64,000 nucleotides of DNA from Yuukianura sp. NJ FZ-2021 (GCA_046563655.1 JAJCTO010000010.1:496001-560000); one strand, 5' to 3'. Positions 1 to 11,759 are shown, numbered from the stretch's first letter. A program made the numbers and translations. Notes: generated by a model not told the origin, from the letters alone.

Positions 1-500
1 TAAATCTATCGTTCCGACGTAAAACAACACAACTCAAAAACCGTTGACGACTTGTGTTGCTAATTGAAAAAAGTAAACAAACATCAGCAAAATCGGCAAA
101 AATTTCTATTATCGATTAAATTAGTGACTCAAAACTGTTGCAAATTGAGTGAAATTGAAAGTTATCACCGTGTGAAACAATTTGGATTTCGTGGCGAAAG
201 AGACAGGTTCAGCTTTTGTATGTCGGTCTGTACCTCAGTTGTAAGTATCGTTTGATACTACTCGTAGGAATCGACTGATTTGTCAGTCTGACTAATGCGT
301 TATAGCCAGCGTTCCTGAACGTGGCTTAATTGCCACTTCCACGGGATATCCAGTGGAAGAAATTGGTCCTACTGGACGGTGGATGGAAGAAATTAGCTGA
401 GTTCAAATACTCAGCGCCAATTTCAAATAAATTTTAATTTCTTTGGAATAATTTAATTAATTATTTATACATCTTTTGATTGATTGGTTTTGTTATTAGA

Positions 501-1050
501 AGCGCAGTTAGTGCGCAGTTATTATGCGCAGTTTGTGCGCAGTCTGTGCGCAGTTCGTGCGCAATTAGTGCGCAGTTTGTGCGCAGTTTGTGCGCAGTTT
601 GTGCGCAGTTTGTGCGCAGTTCATGCGCAGTTTGTGCACAGTTTGTACACAATTTGTGCGCAGTCAGTGCGCAGTTCGTGCGCAATTAGTGCGTAGTTTG
701 TGCGCAGTTAGTGGGCAGTTTATGCCCAGTTTGCGCGCAGTATACGTGCAGTTAGTGCGCAGCTTATGCGCAGTTTGTGCGCAGTTAGTGCGCAATTCAT
801 GCGCAGTTTGTGCGCAGTATACGTGCAGTTAGTGCGCAGTTCGTGCGCAATTAGAGCGCAGTTTGTGCGCAGTTAGTGCGCAGTTTGTGCGCAGTATACG
901 TGCAGTTAGTGTGCAGTTTGTGCGCAGTATACGTGCAGTTAGTGCGCAGTTTGTGCGCAGTTTGTGCGCAGTTAGTGCGCAGTTTATGCGCAGTTTGTGC
1001 GCAGTATACGTGCAGTTAGTGCGCAGTTTATGCGCACTAACTGTGCGCAG
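501..1050. repeat. Tandem minisatellite, ~11-bp unit (GTGCGCAGTTT and variants)
   Basis: Directly visible tandem array; the overlapping Cys/Ala/Val ORFs are artefacts of it. Confidence 0.95.
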
Positions 1051-1473
1051 ATTTCATCCAGGGTTGGATATTAAGTGGATTATTAAGTGGATGAAAGTGG
1101 CATCCCAACCATTTTCGACGGCTAAGTGGCATAGTAGCATGGTTGGTGTGTGCAAGAACGTAAAACGTTCTAGTTTCGAAAGTTGAGTCATCAAATTAAC
1201 TCAAACAAGAATGCAAGGTGAAGGTCCAAAGTATTTGGAAGTTGAGTCATAGAATTAGGTCGTTAATAAGTCATATAAGAAGGTTAAGTTCAATGATGGC
1301 ATTTTAATTTGGAAGTCTTATTTGGTACAAAGTCCGATCTGTTTTCAAAGACGAAGGTGACTCACACCTTACGTGCACACGCGTGAACAAAGTCCAAAAT
1401 CGTTAGTATGATAATATCAGCTAAGAACGTAAAAAGTTCTTAAATCGTTTGGTGAGTCACACATTTAACTCAT

Positions 1474-2022
1474 TGTGGGGGTTATTCCCCACAAACCACT
1501 ATAGCCACTTTGGTTCCCTTTCCCCTCTTCTCCCCCTTCGTCCTTCCAGTAGCAGCACAACAACAACTCCACGTCTTCACCACCAAAACCACTCTCCAAC
1601 CAATTAGACACAACCAAAGTTGCATCAGCCATCCACTCGTCTCGTCATCGTCACTGCAGTCCACTCCTGTCCACAACACAGTCTCTCCCTACTCGTCACT
1701 CTGCCCGGATCTTGTCCCGTCTCTCTCTCCACGTCTCCTCCATCTTGGATTGGCCACTGGACCACGCCGGAACTACTGTTGTGACACGGACTGACCTCTA
1801 CAAGCCCCACCGGACCAGTACCTGGTCAATCCTGCACAGGACCGAGCCCCACCAACCTCTACACTTCACCAATTCAACATTTGGCCCTCATTAGACCGCA
1901 AACTCTATCCTAATTACTGTAAATAAAGTTCATTGTCCATTTACAGCCATTGTCGTGACCTCTGCCCCACTTTATTGTTCGAGTGGCCTGTGTGCCAGTC
2001 GTCGGGGCATTGCAACCCCTCA
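1474..2022 (+). repeat. 5' LTR of gypsy A
   Basis: TGTGGGGG...CCCCTCA; about 11 substitutions versus the 3' LTR counted by eye; AATAAA near 1922; followed by PBS-like TGGGATGCTCAGACGGGA. Confidence 0.95.
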
Positions 2023-3373
2023 GGTGGGATGCTCAGACGGGAAACGAGCCACCGTGACCTCACCACAACCGGATCGTGAATCATGCCACAAGGAGCCCTG
2101 TGACCCCCGTGACCTCTCCAAAAACTAATCAAAATTTTTTTTAATTAAGCAATTGTAAAATTGTTTTAAAAATTGTGCTCATTTTGCATCAATTTTTTTC
2201 AGAACATTTCCTGGAGCGAGCCACCAACCTGCCAGTAGCCAGTAGCCACGAGCCATCGTCATCCAAAAAGCCCACGAGGAGCTGACGAAAGCCACAACCG
2301 CCACGTCACACCCACTCTCCATCTCCACGCTCCAAATCCACGCTCCAACTCATCACTTCCTGCCTCCACGTCATCTCGTCTTTTCTTCACTGCCTCCTCC
2401 GTGCAGTCACTGACCGATTGAGGCAAGGTCACAAAGGTCAGCCGTTTTCTTTTGGTTATCCCCCCTCCCACTGCGCGAGCGTTTTTTTTAAACGAAAAGT
2501 AGTAGCCCCGCGTAAATTCCAATTCAACAATCCTAACGTCCCCCTGTTCAAAATTTTTCAAATTTTCAAAAACTTAGTCGTTTTCCCTAAATTCAAATTC
2601 TTTTTTTTTCAAAAAGCGTAACGCCCCACCCAAACTAAAGTACCTCAGTCTTCCCTGCAAAGGTCAAGAGGCTATTCCCCTTTCCCTCCCTTCTGAAATT
2701 TTGGTCTGAAAATTTTTGAAACATAACCTAAATTCGAAAAACGTCTACCCCTACCCAACCCCTGTCAAAATTTTTTCTAAAATTAAAGTAGTTTGAAATT
2801 TTTTCGGTTTTCCAAATTTTTTTTTTTGAATTGAGCCTGCCCCACCTAGTCCCACCATTGAACAACGTTACCAAATTCTCATTTTCCTTACCCCTTAACG
2901 GAACTCTGCCCAAATTTTCCTTGAATACAGACACTTAGCAAAATTCCGAAATTTGTTTCCCCCCCCACCTAAACTAATCCCCAGAGTCAGCCGATTCCTC
3001 TGATTTTGCAAGTCGTACGTTGCTGCGATACCCTCTCTTCTCCTGAAGAGTCGGATTTTTCAGAATTTGGCTAAAAACTTCCTAATTCCTAAATTACGTT
3101 ACGTTCTAACTTTACATTAATTAAATTCAGATTTTGGTCCAAACTTCAAAAATTCAAAGCGGCTTTTCGTCCCAAACCCCTGCCCAAATTTTTCAAAATT
3201 CTAAAAACTTAACACTTTCTAAGTCGGTGTACTATTAGTCAGTGAGTGAGTAGGCACTACCTAATCCCCTGACTTCGCCGATTCTTCAGCTAACGCCATT
3301 TTACGTCGTGCCCTCCCCTATTGAAGTTCCCATTCTAATTTTTCGGTTCTTTTTCTGAAAATTAAGCTCAGTA

Positions 3374-3496
3374 ATGCAAATTATTGAGTGGTTTCTTTGG
3401 CTCGTCGGTTTCTTAATGTGGTTTGGCATTGCATCGGTTGGCGTAAGACTCGTTTTTCTCGTTCTTCTTGTCCGATTGGTTCTTTATTTCTTCTAA
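3374..3496 (+). CDS. Small hydrophobic ORF (40 aa) in gypsy A leader
   Basis: Manual translation MQIIEWFLWLVGFLMWFGIASVGVRLVFLVLLVRLVLYFF; below the ORF-track cut-off. Confidence 0.4.
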   Translation: MQIIEWFLWLVGFLMWFGIASVGVRLVFLVLLVRLVLYFF

Positions 3497-3700
3497 AGTT
3501 CTGTTTAGGAGGAATTTGATTGTGAAATCATAGCCCCTAGACAGTAGCTAACTCCACATACCCTATTTATTTTCCAATTCCCATTTCTTTCTTTTTCTAG
3601 ATTTAAGGTTACAAATATTAATATTCAAATTAAGTTCACATTTAATACATTTTTTTGAAGTATTCATAGAAAGTCCCTGCCCAGTCCAGAAAAGCAAGCG

Positions 3701-3817
3701 ATGTACTCCCCATTCCTTTACATTGTCTTGATCGTTGTGATTGCAACGATTGGTGTCATTGTTCAACGGATTGTCGTTTTCATTTTGGTCTCTCTTCTCC
3801 TACATTTTCTTGAGTAA
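3701..3817 (+). CDS. Small hydrophobic ORF (38 aa) in gypsy A leader
   Basis: Manual translation MYSPFLYIVLIVVIATIGVIVQRIVVFILVSLLLHFLE. Confidence 0.4.
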   Translation: MYSPFLYIVLIVVIATIGVIVQRIVVFILVSLLLHFLE

Positions 3818-3863
3818 AGCTTAAGTGCTGAAAAGCATTTAAGTTATTTTGAAGTCCCTGCAA

Positions 3864-4277
3864 ATGCAAATTTTTTGGTCCTTTCTGAAGACAGTCGTGT
3901 TTCTCGGCTTAGCAGCATTCTTTCGGATCTGCTTCATCCTTTTGGTCCTTGAAACTGTATATCTTATTGCAACTTTCCTCTCCCACATTACTTATTCCTG
4001 TCTAATAGCGACATTTTCGGTTGTTTCTGACTATATCGCCCTCCACATTATCCCAGTCTTATACCTACGACAAGCCCCGAGAACTTATCGCTACTTCTTC
4101 CGGGTCCTCATTGGAACCGAGACTTACTACTTCCTAGCCCTAATTGTACGAATCCTTTACTACCACTGGGATTTCTTCAGTCCCATTTACCGGTGGTTGT
4201 TCAAAGCATTTGCTAATGCCCAAGGCTGGTTAGTGTTTGAAACCGAACCCCGTGTAGACCCGAGACGCCGTCTCTAA
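3864..4277 (+). CDS. Multi-pass membrane-like ORF immediately upstream of gag
   Basis: ATG at 3864, several hydrophobic segments, basic C-terminus RVDPRRRL, stop 12 nt before the gag ATG. Confidence 0.55.
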   Translation: MQIFWSFLKTVVFLGLAAFFRICFILLVLETVYLIATFLSHITYSCLIATFSVVSDYIALHIIPVLYLRQAPRTYRYFFRVLIGTETYYFLALIVRILYYHWDFFSPIYRWLFKAFANAQGWLVFETEPRVDPRRRL

Positions 4278-4289
4278 GCGTTTTCAAAA

Positions 4290-5687
4290 ATGCTGTCGTA
4301 CTTTGCAAGACCATTTGCCTCTACCCCCCAACAAGACGGACACCCCACTCAACAGATCTTATCCCAATCAACAATTCCCATGGATACTGCTACCCAGACT
4401 CTTCCTCCTACTCTCAATTTGTCAACTCAAGGTCAACCTGCTGCAGTTCATTTTGCCCCAACACAAGCCCAATTCGTTCCTACACCCCCCACCCCAGCAA
4501 GTACTATTGCTAGCCCTGCAGCTGTACAAGCTCCCATTCCCCAAATTTTTCGAAATTTCCCGCCACCAGACCCAAGCAAGCAGGACATCAAGATATTCAA
4601 ACACATTCGACAGTACGATGGAATGAGCGATCCTGCTGAATACATGGCCCGATACAAATACGACTTGAGCGGATCAGGCTTTGGTGCATTCGGAGCGCTT
4701 ACTCATTTTGACAGAGTGTTGACGGGTGTTGCTAGTGCCTGGTTTGTTTCCATTTGGCCCCATTTCCGTGAGCAGTTGCAAGTTCCCTACGCAGATGCAG
4801 AAAACATTTGGAGCAAATTTGAAAAAGAGTTTGTTTCCTATTTCTCCCTGAAAGAGCGGCGAGAGGTTTTCAAAACCCAGAGCAAAGCTCTGCGGTTCAA
4901 AATAGGAGACAACATTGATCAGTACGTAGCTGAGAAGATCCAAATTCTTTCCAAACTTGATCCCATGATGCCAGAATCCCGGAAGGTTGAACAATTAGTT
5001 CGTGGTCTCCCACACGAGCTGGAACAAGCATTTGTTATGCAGAATATCCAGACCCCTTCCGAATTCCAGAAGATCCTGAGACGACTTGCTGATGTCCATA
5101 CCCGCTCTAAAGGAAGTTCCGATCCAATGGTTTCTCTTCGTGGACTTGAAACTAAAATGGCTCCCGCCATTCCAAATGCTAATTTCCTTACAACTGTTCC
5201 CTACCAAGTCCAGCAGTACCAACGCCCTCCTGCTCAAACCCAACCAGCAGTTCAAACTGCTCGCCAGCCCGATCGCCCTTTCCCTCCACAACAAAACCGT
5301 CGTTCTGATGATGGAAAGCCAATTTGCGATTACTGCAACAATATTGGACATATTGTTCGATACTGTCACAAATGGTGGTGGAGCCAAGGCATTGACCCTT
5401 TGACCCGCAACTGTAGACCACTGCGCCCCCGAAACAATCCCGCTAATCAGCAACCCCAGCAGCTGGCTAGTTATAGCCAAGCTGTTCAACGTCCCTTCCC
5501 TAACGTTGATTCAAGACCACTACAAACCAGCCCACATCAGCCGCGGTCATTTCAAAATCCACAAACTGGACCTCCAGCTCAGGAAAACCAATGGGTTCCT
5601 TCGATGATGTCTGCTTTCTCTACAATGACGGATCTTCTTACCAACATCGCATCCGTCGTACTTCCCAAACCTCCGGAAAACCAATAG
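4290..5687 (+). CDS. gag: Gag of gypsy A
   Basis: Capsid-like core (YDGMSDP...LTGVASAW...LVRGLP) and degenerate knuckle CDYCNNIGHIVRYC. Confidence 0.92.
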   Translation: MLSYFARPFASTPQQDGHPTQQILSQSTIPMDTATQTLPPTLNLSTQGQPAAVHFAPTQAQFVPTPPTPASTIASPAAVQAPIPQIFRNFPPPDPSKQDIKIFKHIRQYDGMSDPAEYMARYKYDLSGSGFGAFGALTHFDRVLTGVASAWFVSIWPHFREQLQVPYADAENIWSKFEKEFVSYFSLKERREVFKTQSKALRFKIGDNIDQYVAEKIQILSKLDPMMPESRKVEQLVRGLPHELEQAFVMQNIQTPSEFQKILRRLADVHTRSKGSSDPMVSLRGLETKMAPAIPNANFLTTVPYQVQQYQRPPAQTQPAVQTARQPDRPFPPQQNRRSDDGKPICDYCNNIGHIVRYCHKWWWSQGIDPLTRNCRPLRPRNNPANQQPQQLASYSQAVQRPFPNVDSRPLQTSPHQPRSFQNPQTGPPAQENQWVPSMMSAFSTMTDLLTNIASVVLPKPPENQ

Positions 5688-8600
5688 AGCTGCCGTTGCA
5701 GGGACGACAGCTTCTATTACCACCCAATCCAGTCTCTCAAATTAAGGTACAAGCCCCACCCAGGGTTTGTCCAACACGTCCCAAATCCCGAAAAATCAAA
5801 CAACCTAAATTCCAAACCCACAAGAATTGTTCAGCTTTTGGCAGGAAGCGCAATTCTAAAAATCCAATCCTTCCAGAAGAGTTTCTTTCCAAACTACAAG
5901 CTCTTTTTGACCACCACCGAACTTGTCCTAAATCAAACCCCCAGCCTATTTCACCTTTGGTCGTTGGGGAGGCTACTACAACATTCCCAAACTTTTGTCC
6001 TGACGCTGCAGTCCCTTCAGTCCCTACTTCCCTTCGTACTTCCGCCGCTACTCACCCTACTTCCCTTCTGGGACCTACAACTACAACCGCTACTACTACT
6101 TCTGTTCTTCCCCCTGCTCAACCTACCGCTGCAGTACCAAAGTTTGTTTCTGTTTGTGTTGGCCCTTCTGAACCTTGCCGTTCTGAATTTGTGTGTGGCC
6201 CTACTCAACTAAACCCACTAGCCGTTTCTCTAACTTCCAAATTTGGCATTAGCCCTTCCAATGTAAGCCGAGTCGCTGACTGGGTAAATTATTCCGCCGC
6301 TGAGTTCTCAGCTGCAAATTCCAAACCCCCAGATCCCACTACTTTTGATTTCGATGCCCCACCAAAATCCCCAAGTCATGATTCCGAGTTTCCTTCGGGA
6401 ATCTCAGCTGCAAAGTTCATTTCCGGAATTGACTCCACCCCCCATTCCACTTTCCATACCGATGTTGTCTTTGGTTCTACGACTCTTCGAGTCCTGTGTG
6501 ATACAGGTGCTTCTCTTTGTTGTGTCCACCCAGATTTTCTCAGGAGATTCCCAAATATTGTTTCCCAAGCGGTTGATGTTCAACCTGTTCGTGTAAAACT
6601 TTCTTTTGGTTCCTATGTTCGTTGTGGTTCCCTCCAAACTACAATGATCACTTTCTCAATTGCTGGCGTCTCCTTCCAATACCCATTCTACATCTTCCAG
6701 CACCTTTCGAATGAGATTGTTTTGGGCTCAGATTTCCTCCGTTCCCAACATTTTCTTTTGGATCCCGCGAATGAGCGCCTTGTAAAAGGTGAACTCCCGT
6801 GTACAGACCTCAGAAATGAGTATGTCTGTATCCCAAAGTCCCAAGTCCCTGTCCTTAACAAATTAACTTTGTCAGAGACTGAAGAAGTTTCTGATAGTCC
6901 CAGTATTCCAAAGTCTTCGGAAGCAGAACCAGAGTCGATCCCTCCTAAATGTACGGCCATTCCCAAAATCCCAAATACTCTAGCTAATGACATGGCTTTG
7001 AATTTATCCCAGTCCCAAAATACTTCAACTTCCCCTTCCCTACTTGACTCCGAAGCGTCCTTCGTGAGCAATTCGAATTTATCTCAAAATTCTACTCCCC
7101 CTCCGTGCCTGAGACTGGCCAGGTCAATCCTCATTAACCCAAGAACGATGAAACGAGTCAGTGTAAAAACTGATTTACCTTTCACAGGTGACATTTTGGT
7201 TTCCCCTCGTCGTGAGCTCCAACACGCAAATCATATTGCCATTGGGAATTCCATTTCTACGCTTAAAGATGGCAGTGGAGTTACGTTCTTGTGGAATTTG
7301 AGTGACCGCCCTGTGAAACTTCTTCAAAACGTCTCTATTGGCACCTTCGAACCCTTCGCAGAGTCTTCGGTACTCTGTGACCTTGATGAATTCGACCATG
7401 TTAGCTCTAAATCCTCCCAATCTTCCCTCCCAGCGCACGAGATCTTAGGACTTTCGGTTAATGATGACGCTGAAATAGCCACACTGAAACTGCAAAAGAG
7501 GATCGAGGCGTTCCAGATTTCAAATTCCCTAACCCCTGAACAGCGCCAAATCATGCAAGATTTTCTTGTAGCGAATTTGGATGTTTTCAATTTTGATCCC
7601 GCTACCCTTGGCCGTACTCACCTAACCACCCACAAAATCGACACAGGTTCTGCTAAACCGATTGCTTCCCATCCCCACAGAACCGGATTTACAGAGCGGA
7701 GGGAAATTCAAAACCAAGTCGAGCGTCTTTTGAATCTCAATGCTATCACTCCGAGCGACAGCCCATGGTGTTCCCCAGTCCTTCTGGTCAAAAAGCCCGA
7801 CGAAAGTTGGCGGTTTTGTGTTGACTTTCGTAAGGTCAACGCAGTGACTCGGAAAGATTCTTACCCCCTCCCCCGAATTGATGATACCCTCGACAGACTC
7901 AATGGCGCCAAGTATTTTTCCTCCATGGATTGTGATCAAGCGTATTACCAGGTTGAAGTTGAGCCTGAGGACCGAGAGAAGACCAGTTTTGTAACCCCCG
8001 ACGGACAATATGAGTTCGTTGTAATGCCCTTCGGTTTAACAAATGCTCCAGCGACGTGGCAACGCCTAATTGACAATGTCTTAGGTCGTTTAAAGTGGTC
8101 CATAGCACTCGTTTATTTAGACGATGTAGTTTGCTACTCCCGAACTTTTGAAGAGCATTCGGATCACTTAGCCCAAATTTTTTGTGCCCTTAGACGAGCT
8201 GGTCTCAGTCTTAAACCCAAAAAGTGTAACTTTGGCGAAGATTCGTTAAAATTCCTTGGCTATATTGTTTCCAGAGATGGAATTGCAGTTGACCCCAACA
8301 AAACAAAAGCAGTTCGTGAATTCCCCGTTCCCAAGACTGTTAGAGGTGTCCGTTCCTTCATTGGTCTTTGCAGTTACTATCGCCGATTTATCGAGGGTTT
8401 TGCAGAAATTGCCCGTCCACTACATCTTATTGTTGCTGGGAAGCGTGGTACCCCGTTCCATTGGACCCCGGAAGCCGAAACAGCGTTTCAGACGCTTAAA
8501 GACAAATTAACATCTCCCCCTGTCCTTGCGTTCCCCGATGAAGAAGCCGAAACGTCCGTGCATTGTGATGCGTCTGGGCTCGGTTTTGGAGCGACCCTTT

Positions 8601-10666
8601 GCCAAATTCGGGACGGAAAAGAGAGAGTGGTAGCTTATGCTTCGAGAGCGGTTTCCCCCTCCGAATCCAAATTTGGAACCCCCCAATTGGAAATGAAGGC
8701 TTTTGTTTGGGCTGTAGAGAAATTTCGACCGTATTTATTCGACCGTCATTTTAAAGTTGTCACTGATCACCATTCCCTTTGTGACATGCTAAAATTTAAA
8801 GACCCCTATGGCCAAATTTCCCGTTGGTCTTTAGCCCTCCAACCTTATGATTTTACCGTAGTTCATAAAAGTGGTCGTGTTCACACCGATGCTGATCCGC
8901 TTTCCCGTAACCCAGTTGACCCAGCCCCCTCTGACACAGACCATTTGGCCATTGAACATCATCTTTTGGCCTTAGCGGATTCCCCTGAATCCCCACGAAG
9001 AGTTGGAGATGCAAAACTGAAAGATCTCCAGCTTAAAGAGCCAGAATGGCTTCCTGTCATTGAGTATTTGAAAGCAGAACAACCTGGTACTTCCCATAAT
9101 TTGCCCGAACCCAAGAAATTGAGAGAGTACAGTCTTCGTGATGGCATTTTGTACCGGATGAACTACTCGGAATTTGGAAATCTCTGGCGTCTTTGTCTCC
9201 CGAAATCCCTCCGAAAATCGTCCATGGAATCCGTACATAACGACTCCCTTAGTCACCTCGGCTTACCCAAGACTTGGCATCTTCTACGCTCCAGGTTTTA
9301 TTGGCCCCGGATGTATCGCGATGTGGTGAAATTTGTCACGTCATGCCACTTGTGTCAGATTCATAACAGACGGAATTTTGCTCTCCCGCCAAATAGCGCC
9401 GGTCTTGACGTTCCCGCAATTCCATTCCACACCATTGCCCTAGACTATTTAGGCCCATTCCCAGTCACAGCGCGACGGAACAAGTACATTCTGACAGTAA
9501 TCGATCTCCATACCCGTTACGTTGAAGCCTGGCCAGTTCCCGCAGCAGATTCTGCCCAAGCAATTAAAGTACTTAACAAACACGTCCTGTTTCGCCACGG
9601 AATTCCCAAAATCATTCTGTCAGACCGTGGTACGGTTTTCCTTTCCGACGAATTTGAAAATTTTCTTTCCCTCCACGCCATTGAGCACAGATCCTCGACT
9701 TCCTATCATCCCAAGTCTAACGGCGTCTGTGAAAGACATAACGGCACGGTAAAGTCAGTAATCGGCAGATTCGTAAGTGAAAACCATAAGGATTGGGATC
9801 TACATCTCCCCAGGGCGGTATTTTCCATTAATTGTTCAGTACATCGTGTCACTAATTTTTCTCCTTATTTTCTGGTCTTTGGTAGGGAGCCGGTTTTGCC
9901 GGTTGACAGGCTGTTCCCCCTTCCCCAGGAATATTTAGAGCCCGACGATGCTCTGGACCGATTATTTGTTGCGAATAACGTAGCCCACGAGCTATCCCAT
10001 GAGCAGCAGCTTCTCAGAGTTAGGGCCCAGTTACAGATCCGTTTCCCGACTTATGTCGTTGGTATGAAAGTTCTGCTCAGGAACTTTCAGCGGAAAAAGG
10101 GTCGTGTCGGCAAATTTACGAAGAAATGGATTGGCCCTTACAAAGTCATTGACGTCCTCCATAATGGCACTGTTCGAATTACTTCGCTTCCCCCTCGACA
10201 GCCTCACGAGACTGTTGTCAACGTTCAGCGCCTTAAACCTTATAATCAGCGTGTTTATGACACGTCTGATGCAGACAGTAGTTCCTCTGAGTCGTCTGAT
10301 AACGATTTTGTCCCCCCTCCAGTGTCTGACCCTGATTTGTCCTCTAACTTACCAAAATTGCCAATTCCACCTGAGCAAAATGGCCCTCTTACGCTTCCCG
10401 TAGCGTCAAACCAAATTTGTGACCCCCCTAATGTTGACTTAAATGACCAAAATGAAAGCCGTGACCCAGAAATCCTTATTCCACCAATTTTACCCGCCCA
10501 GGATACCCTGCATCCCGTTGCGAGTAAAATACCCGTATTTTGCGCCCCTGCCAGCGTAAAAACCCCGATTTCTAGTCGTCCGAAACGCGCGGCTTACAAC
10601 AAAGCTCTGTCTTGCATTTCCCGCCTTTCAAAGCCAAAACAAGGTAGGGCGATGCTCAAGGGTTGA
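5591..10666 (+). CDS. pol: Pol polyprotein of gypsy A (protease, RT, RNase H, integrase); C-terminus altered by the insertion at ~10637
   Basis: LCDTGA protease, YLDD RT, CDAS and DADPLSR RNase H, H-H-C-C zinc finger with DDE integrase and GPY motif. Confidence 0.97.
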   Translation: MGSFDDVCFLYNDGSSYQHRIRRTSQTSGKPIELPLQGRQLLLPPNPVSQIKVQAPPRVCPTRPKSRKIKQPKFQTHKNCSAFGRKRNSKNPILPEEFLSKLQALFDHHRTCPKSNPQPISPLVVGEATTTFPNFCPDAAVPSVPTSLRTSAATHPTSLLGPTTTTATTTSVLPPAQPTAAVPKFVSVCVGPSEPCRSEFVCGPTQLNPLAVSLTSKFGISPSNVSRVADWVNYSAAEFSAANSKPPDPTTFDFDAPPKSPSHDSEFPSGISAAKFISGIDSTPHSTFHTDVVFGSTTLRVLCDTGASLCCVHPDFLRRFPNIVSQAVDVQPVRVKLSFGSYVRCGSLQTTMITFSIAGVSFQYPFYIFQHLSNEIVLGSDFLRSQHFLLDPANERLVKGELPCTDLRNEYVCIPKSQVPVLNKLTLSETEEVSDSPSIPKSSEAEPESIPPKCTAIPKIPNTLANDMALNLSQSQNTSTSPSLLDSEASFVSNSNLSQNSTPPPCLRLARSILINPRTMKRVSVKTDLPFTGDILVSPRRELQHANHIAIGNSISTLKDGSGVTFLWNLSDRPVKLLQNVSIGTFEPFAESSVLCDLDEFDHVSSKSSQSSLPAHEILGLSVNDDAEIATLKLQKRIEAFQISNSLTPEQRQIMQDFLVANLDVFNFDPATLGRTHLTTHKIDTGSAKPIASHPHRTGFTERREIQNQVERLLNLNAITPSDSPWCSPVLLVKKPDESWRFCVDFRKVNAVTRKDSYPLPRIDDTLDRLNGAKYFSSMDCDQAYYQVEVEPEDREKTSFVTPDGQYEFVVMPFGLTNAPATWQRLIDNVLGRLKWSIALVYLDDVVCYSRTFEEHSDHLAQIFCALRRAGLSLKPKKCNFGEDSLKFLGYIVSRDGIAVDPNKTKAVREFPVPKTVRGVRSFIGLCSYYRRFIEGFAEIARPLHLIVAGKRGTPFHWTPEAETAFQTLKDKLTSPPVLAFPDEEAETSVHCDASGLGFGATLCQIRDGKERVVAYASRAVSPSESKFGTPQLEMKAFVWAVEKFRPYLFDRHFKVVTDHHSLCDMLKFKDPYGQISRWSLALQPYDFTVVHKSGRVHTDADPLSRNPVDPAPSDTDHLAIEHHLLALADSPESPRRVGDAKLKDLQLKEPEWLPVIEYLKAEQPGTSHNLPEPKKLREYSLRDGILYRMNYSEFGNLWRLCLPKSLRKSSMESVHNDSLSHLGLPKTWHLLRSRFYWPRMYRDVVKFVTSCHLCQIHNRRNFALPPNSAGLDVPAIPFHTIALDYLGPFPVTARRNKYILTVIDLHTRYVEAWPVPAADSAQAIKVLNKHVLFRHGIPKIILSDRGTVFLSDEFENFLSLHAIEHRSSTSYHPKSNGVCERHNGTVKSVIGRFVSENHKDWDLHLPRAVFSINCSVHRVTNFSPYFLVFGREPVLPVDRLFPLPQEYLEPDDALDRLFVANNVAHELSHEQQLLRVRAQLQIRFPTYVVGMKVLLRNFQRKKGRVGKFTKKWIGPYKVIDVLHNGTVRITSLPPRQPHETVVNVQRLKPYNQRVYDTSDADSSSSESSDNDFVPPPVSDPDLSSNLPKLPIPPEQNGPLTLPVASNQICDPPNVDLNDQNESRDPEILIPPILPAQDTLHPVASKIPVFCAPASVKTPISSRPKRAAYNKALSCISRLSKPKQGRAMLKG
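5675..5714 (+). promoter_or_regulatory. Putative -1 ribosomal frameshift signal (G GAA AAC plus downstream stem-loop)
   Basis: Heptamer in gag phase just before the gag stop; pol is in the -1 frame; hairpin AGCTG..CGT/ACG..CAGCT follows. Confidence 0.6.
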
Positions 10667-11027
10667 GCATAGGTCTTCTGGAGGGAGTTGACAAATAATA
10701 CGACCTTCAAAATAGCGGCGACGATGAGAATTGGAATAACACTGAAATTTTATTTCAAGCATACACGAAAGATAAACTAAGGAATAGGCATTTTAACTAA
10801 CATATCATTTTGTGACTGTATGAATCTTTCCATGACGTGCCTTGTTTGTTGTGTCCTTCAGTACTACTTTCGGAGATCGTTTGAGAGACTTGTTGGGTCC
10901 TGATGTCAGTCTGAAACTCTTAGCACCATTACGTTTACTTGACTCCTCACTCGGATGATTGTTCTCAGCATTTATTCCTTCGTGCAAATTCCTAGCACAG
11001 ATATTCTGCAGCAAGTACCGATTCTTC

Positions 11028-11759
11028 TTAGACTAAACAAAAACAAAAATCAGTTTTAGTAACCATGCAATTTTCCCAATTGTTTGGGTTATTTTTTCTT
11101 ACTTTTGTTTTGGACACTGTGGAAGTTGCGATCCCTTTGCGTTTTCTGCTTGACATAACTTTCTGGTCTTGTTGCAAAGCTAGTGTTTTCCTGAAGCAAT
11201 GTAACTGGCCGAAGGAAGGAAGCCGTATCAACTCCAAATTTTTTCCGTCAACCAGTATCACTTGGCGCATGATCCACAAAGCAAATAATGCACAAGAATC
11301 CGGGTAGTATTGATTAATGGCATTTGCAAAACGGTGTTTCTTGTACTTGAGCCGAACTCCCGGATACTGCGCTCTCAGGCGAACCATAATGTTTGTCTTT
11401 GCTGCCTTCTCATAAATGTCGCCTCGGAGTTGACAAAAGTAATGAACGATTCCGGAATCCACATCCACATACATCATGGCGAGATGATCAAATGCATTTT
11501 CGTCAACGTCTCCGTGCGTCAAAAATACAATTGGCAGGAAAATTTTTCTGTCTTCTTGACTAAAGTTGGGAAAAGACACAATTTTCTTTGAATACAATTG
11601 TTTCAGGGAGCTTGCGACGCCTACTTTGTAGCCTTCCAGTTGTACCACTGCTTCTCCATCTTCCACAAAAGTGAACTTTTCACCGTAGTCTAGCCTGTAC
11701 TTTGACATAATCTGATTGAATTCTTGACTATCAATTCTATTAAAGTGAATTACTGACAT
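11028..11759 (-). CDS. Ulp1/SENP-like (clan CE) cysteine protease-like protein
   Basis: IFLPI...DHLAMMYVD...IVHYF...NQYYPDSCALFALW matches the His...Gln...Cys layout; the usual Asp position reads C. Confidence 0.6.
   Translation of the reverse strand: MSVIHFNRIDSQEFNQIMSKYRLDYGEKFTFVEDGEAVVQLEGYKVGVASSLKQLYSKKIVSFPNFSQEDRKIFLPIVFLTHGDVDENAFDHLAMMYVDVDSGIVHYFCQLRGDIYEKAAKTNIMVRLRAQYPGVRLKYKKHRFANAINQYYPDSCALFALWIMRQVILVDGKNLELIRLPSFGQLHCFRKTLALQQDQKVMSSRKRKGIATSTVSKTKVRKNNPNNWENCMVTKTDFCFCLV

Noticed and set aside
461..1186. Cys-rich ORFs
   Set aside because: Translations of the 11-bp minisatellite in several frames.
1482..1894. ORFs inside the gypsy A LTRs (also 14916-15453)
   Set aside because: Short LTR-derived frames with no recognisable motifs.
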